Positions 61,929 through 64,000 of a stretch of DNA of 64,000 bases are shown here, in pieces. Under the pieces are notes generated by a model. It was not told the origin of the DNA, did not search any database, and saw only the letters and a program-made list of their open reading frames with translations. The stretch spans positions 17,826 to 81,825 of the forward strand of contig JAFTCL010000069.1 in NCBI GenBank assembly GCA_017454745.1, written 5' to 3'. A program made the translations under genes and the position numbers. Origin of the DNA: Kiritimatiellia bacterium (GTDB lineage: Bacteria > Verrucomicrobiota > Kiritimatiellia > RFP12 > UBA1067). How positions within the stretch are numbered: position 1 is the first letter of the stretch; each line of letters begins with the position of its first letter.

Positions 61929-64000
61929 TTAATCCTCGAAAACCAAATCCGACTCCAGCGTTACCACCGCTTTGCCCCGGATATCCGCCGATGAAGCGCC
62001 GACCAGTATTTCGTATTCGCCTTTATCGGCGCGAAAACGGTGCGATAGCACATCGTAATAAGCTAAATCACGGGGGGTGACGGCGAGTTCGACATCAGCA
62101 GATTTTCCTGCCGGAACCGCGACTTTTGCGAACCCCTTCAGATCCTTCACGCAGCGCTCAACCTTGGGATTAAGCGCACTCACGTACAATTGCACGATTT
62201 CTTTACCGTCAACACGCCCGGAGTTGCTCACCTTCACCGATACGCTTACAGAATCGTCCGCCGCCGACAACGAACGTTTCGGAACCGACAGCTCGTAACC
62301 GAAGGTTGTGTAGCTCAAGCCGTGGCCGAACGGGAACATCGGCTCTATCTTCTTGAAATCATGCCAACGGTAACCAACGTAAAACCGCTCTTTGTAGATT
62401 ACGCTTTTTTTGCCGTAGGTACCCATCTGGGACACCGCCGTATCCTCATACCGCTTCGGCCAGGTGCAGGGCAGCTTCCCGGAGGGATTGACATCGCCGA
62501 ACAGCACCGCGGCCAAGGCGTGACCCGCCTCCTGTCCCAAGTAGGAAATCTGCACGAACGTCTTCGCCTCATCGGTCCAAGTGTATCCCACCGGAGTGCC
62601 GGAACGGCTCACCACCACCAACTTTTTAATGTTCCACTTCAAAATGTCGCGGATAGCCTCATCGTGCCCGGGCGGAAGATTCATGGAAACCCGGTCGCGG
62701 GACTCGGACTCCATGTTCTCCTTATACCCCAACTCCGTGCCGGTGAACAGCACCACCGCATCGGCAGCCTCGGCAGCGGCGCGCAATGCCCCCGCTTCGG
62801 AAACCGCGCCGCTGTCTTTATCCTGCTGCACGTGCCCGCCCGCGATTTCTGCGGCTTTGGTGTCGGTGGCAGCCGCCTTGGTGGCGACCTGCAACGGCAT
62901 CAGCGTAACTTTGGCATCCGCGCCAAGCCGCTCCTTGATGCCGGCGAAAGGAGTAATCTCGTAAGGCGAGTTGCCCTCGGCGGAACATCCTTTGCTGCAC
63001 TGCTTGGAATCGGCATTGCCGCCGATCACCAGTACCGTGCGGGTCTTGGCGGGGTCGAGCGGCAAAACCCCGGCATCGTTTTTAAGCAGCATCACGGACT
63101 CCTCGCCAATCCGGCGGGCTACGTCCTGATGCTCCTTGGTGTTACGGGAACCCTTGCCGCGGTCTGCTCCGGTAAGGAATCCGGTTTTCGCCATCACATA
63201 AAGCACGTGAAACGCCATCTCGTCAACCGTCCCCAACGGAACCTTGCCCTCTTTGACCGCCTCCGCCAGCGGATAAGTGCCTTTCTTGGGGTTGACGTAA
63301 TGGACAATCCCGTCGCCGCGGTTCATCTCGACATCGCCGCCCGCCAGCGCTCCCGGCACGCAACTGTGCTGCCCGCCCCAGTCGGTCACGATGATTCCCT
63401 TGAACCCCCAGCGGTCGCGCAAAATCGCCTTCTGGAGATACACATTCTCCGAGCACCAGAAACCGTTAACCTTGTTGTACGCGGTCATCAGCGAAAGCGA
63501 CCCGCCCTCTTTGACCGCCGCCTTGAACGCCGGCAGGTAAATCTCGTTGAGCGTGCGGTCGTCGCAAATCGTGTCGACCGAATTGCGTTCCAGCTCCTGG
63601 TTGTTCAGGCAGAAGTGCTTTACCGTGGTGGAAACGTTATGGCTTTGAACACCCTTAATCATCGGCACGCACATTTTGGCGGCCAAGACCGGGTCTTCCG
63701 AAAGATACTCCCAGTTGCGCCCGTTCAGCGGGGTACGCATGATGTTGACCCCCGGGCCAAGCAACTGGTCAACGCCCCGGTCGCGCATCTCGGCCCCCAG
63801 CACGTCGCCGTGCGCGTAAGCCAGTTCCGTATTCCAGGTCGCGGCCAGCGCCGAAAGGCACGGCAGCATCGTGTTCTGGCTTTTCGGCTTGGTGTACCCC
63901 CAGTCCCAACGGTTCATCTGCGGACGAACGGTGGCGGAGTTGTCACTCATCGTCCACTCGCTGTTGATTCCAACCCGGGGAATCGCCGGCAGGGTCATGG
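61929..64000 (-). CDS. Glycoside hydrolase family 3 (beta-glucosidase-like), N-terminus outside the window
   Basis: LPAIPRVGI..., KHFCLNNQE and GFKGIIVTDWGG (nucleophile Asp region), then the GH3 C-terminal domain and an Fn3-like domain (FGHGLSYTTF). The usual ~50-80 N-terminal residues and signal peptide are missing because the frame runs off the window. Confidence 0.88.
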   Translation of the reverse strand, partial: MTLPAIPRVGINSEWTMSDNSATVRPQMNRWDWGYTKPKSQNTMLPCLSALAATWNTELAYAHGDVLGAEMRDRGVDQLLGPGVNIMRTPLNGRNWEYLSEDPVLAAKMCVPMIKGVQSHNVSTTVKHFCLNNQELERNSVDTICDDRTLNEIYLPAFKAAVKEGGSLSLMTAYNKVNGFWCSENVYLQKAILRDRWGFKGIIVTDWGGQHSCVPGALAGGDVEMNRGDGIVHYVNPKKGTYPLAEAVKEGKVPLGTVDEMAFHVLYVMAKTGFLTGADRGKGSRNTKEHQDVARRIGEESVMLLKNDAGVLPLDPAKTRTVLVIGGNADSKQCSKGCSAEGNSPYEITPFAGIKERLGADAKVTLMPLQVATKAAATDTKAAEIAGGHVQQDKDSGAVSEAGALRAAAEAADAVVLFTGTELGYKENMESESRDRVSMNLPPGHDEAIRDILKWNIKKLVVVSRSGTPVGYTWTDEAKTFVQISYLGQEAGHALAAVLFGDVNPSGKLPCTWPKRYEDTAVSQMGTYGKKSVIYKERFYVGYRWHDFKKIEPMFPFGHGLSYTTFGYELSVPKRSLSAADDSVSVSVKVSNSGRVDGKEIVQLYVSALNPKVERCVKDLKGFAKVAVPAGKSADVELAVTPRDLAYYDVLSHRFRADKGEYEILVGASSADIRGKAVVTLESDLVFED

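Noticed and set aside
1-64000. CRISPR arrays, tRNA/rRNA genes, reverse transcriptase/DGR, toxin-antitoxin or known defence-system genes
   Set aside because: No regularly spaced direct repeats, no cloverleaf-sized conserved segments in the short intergenic gaps, and no RT, Cas, restriction or abortive-infection motifs appeared in any translated ORF. Absence is judged by eye only.

Overview
GC-rich bacterial chromosomal segment. Its gene content looks like a glycan-degrading member of the PVC superphylum (Kiritimatiellota, Lentisphaerota or Verrucomicrobiota-like); this is inference from gene families, and no search was run. I support about 40 protein genes and found no rRNA, tRNA or CRISPR array.

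Layout by coordinate:
- 1-5.1 kb: 3' end of a beta-strand-repeat surface protein, then ribokinase, a DMT/GRP sugar permease, an exported DUF1080 protein and a TPR protein.
- 5.2-9.8 kb: GH29 fucosidase, GH2 and a GH43-like propeller.
- 9.9-13.9 kb: Tat-exported phosphoesterase, uvrB and djlA.
- 13.9-28.2 kb (accessory-looking): three paralogous exported beta-propeller proteins, each with two conserved CxxCH haem-c motifs (hydrazine-synthase-alpha-like architecture). Interleaved with them are a DUF5009/HGSNAT-like membrane acetyltransferase, a triple-discoidin/Fn3 secreted protein and a solitary Rpn-family nuclease gene with unusually long non-coding flanks that include a C13 tract.
- 28.2-33.4 kb (housekeeping): FmdB-like zinc ribbon, rnc, hisB, tatC, tatA/B, pal, tolB.
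- 33.6-36 kb: flavodiiron protein and a membrane phosphoesterase.
- 36-64 kb: one 28-kb co-directional minus-strand array, listed here in ascending coordinate order (transcription runs from GH3 down to MacB). It holds a MacB-type ABC pair, an orphan 2-oxoacid dehydrogenase E1 alpha/beta pair, GH78 rhamnosidase, a 4,244-aa giant multidomain surface protein, an FAD oxidoreductase, a PA14-like protein, a beta-lactamase-fold hydrolase and GH3 (truncated by the window end).

Best candidates for something undescribed: (i) the HzsA-like di-haem propeller paralog family in a carbohydrate context, and (ii) the giant gene, which has about 830 aa of unassigned central sequence, together with its tightly coupled upstream enzymes.

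All family calls rest on motifs I recognise in the translations and need HMM or structure confirmation.
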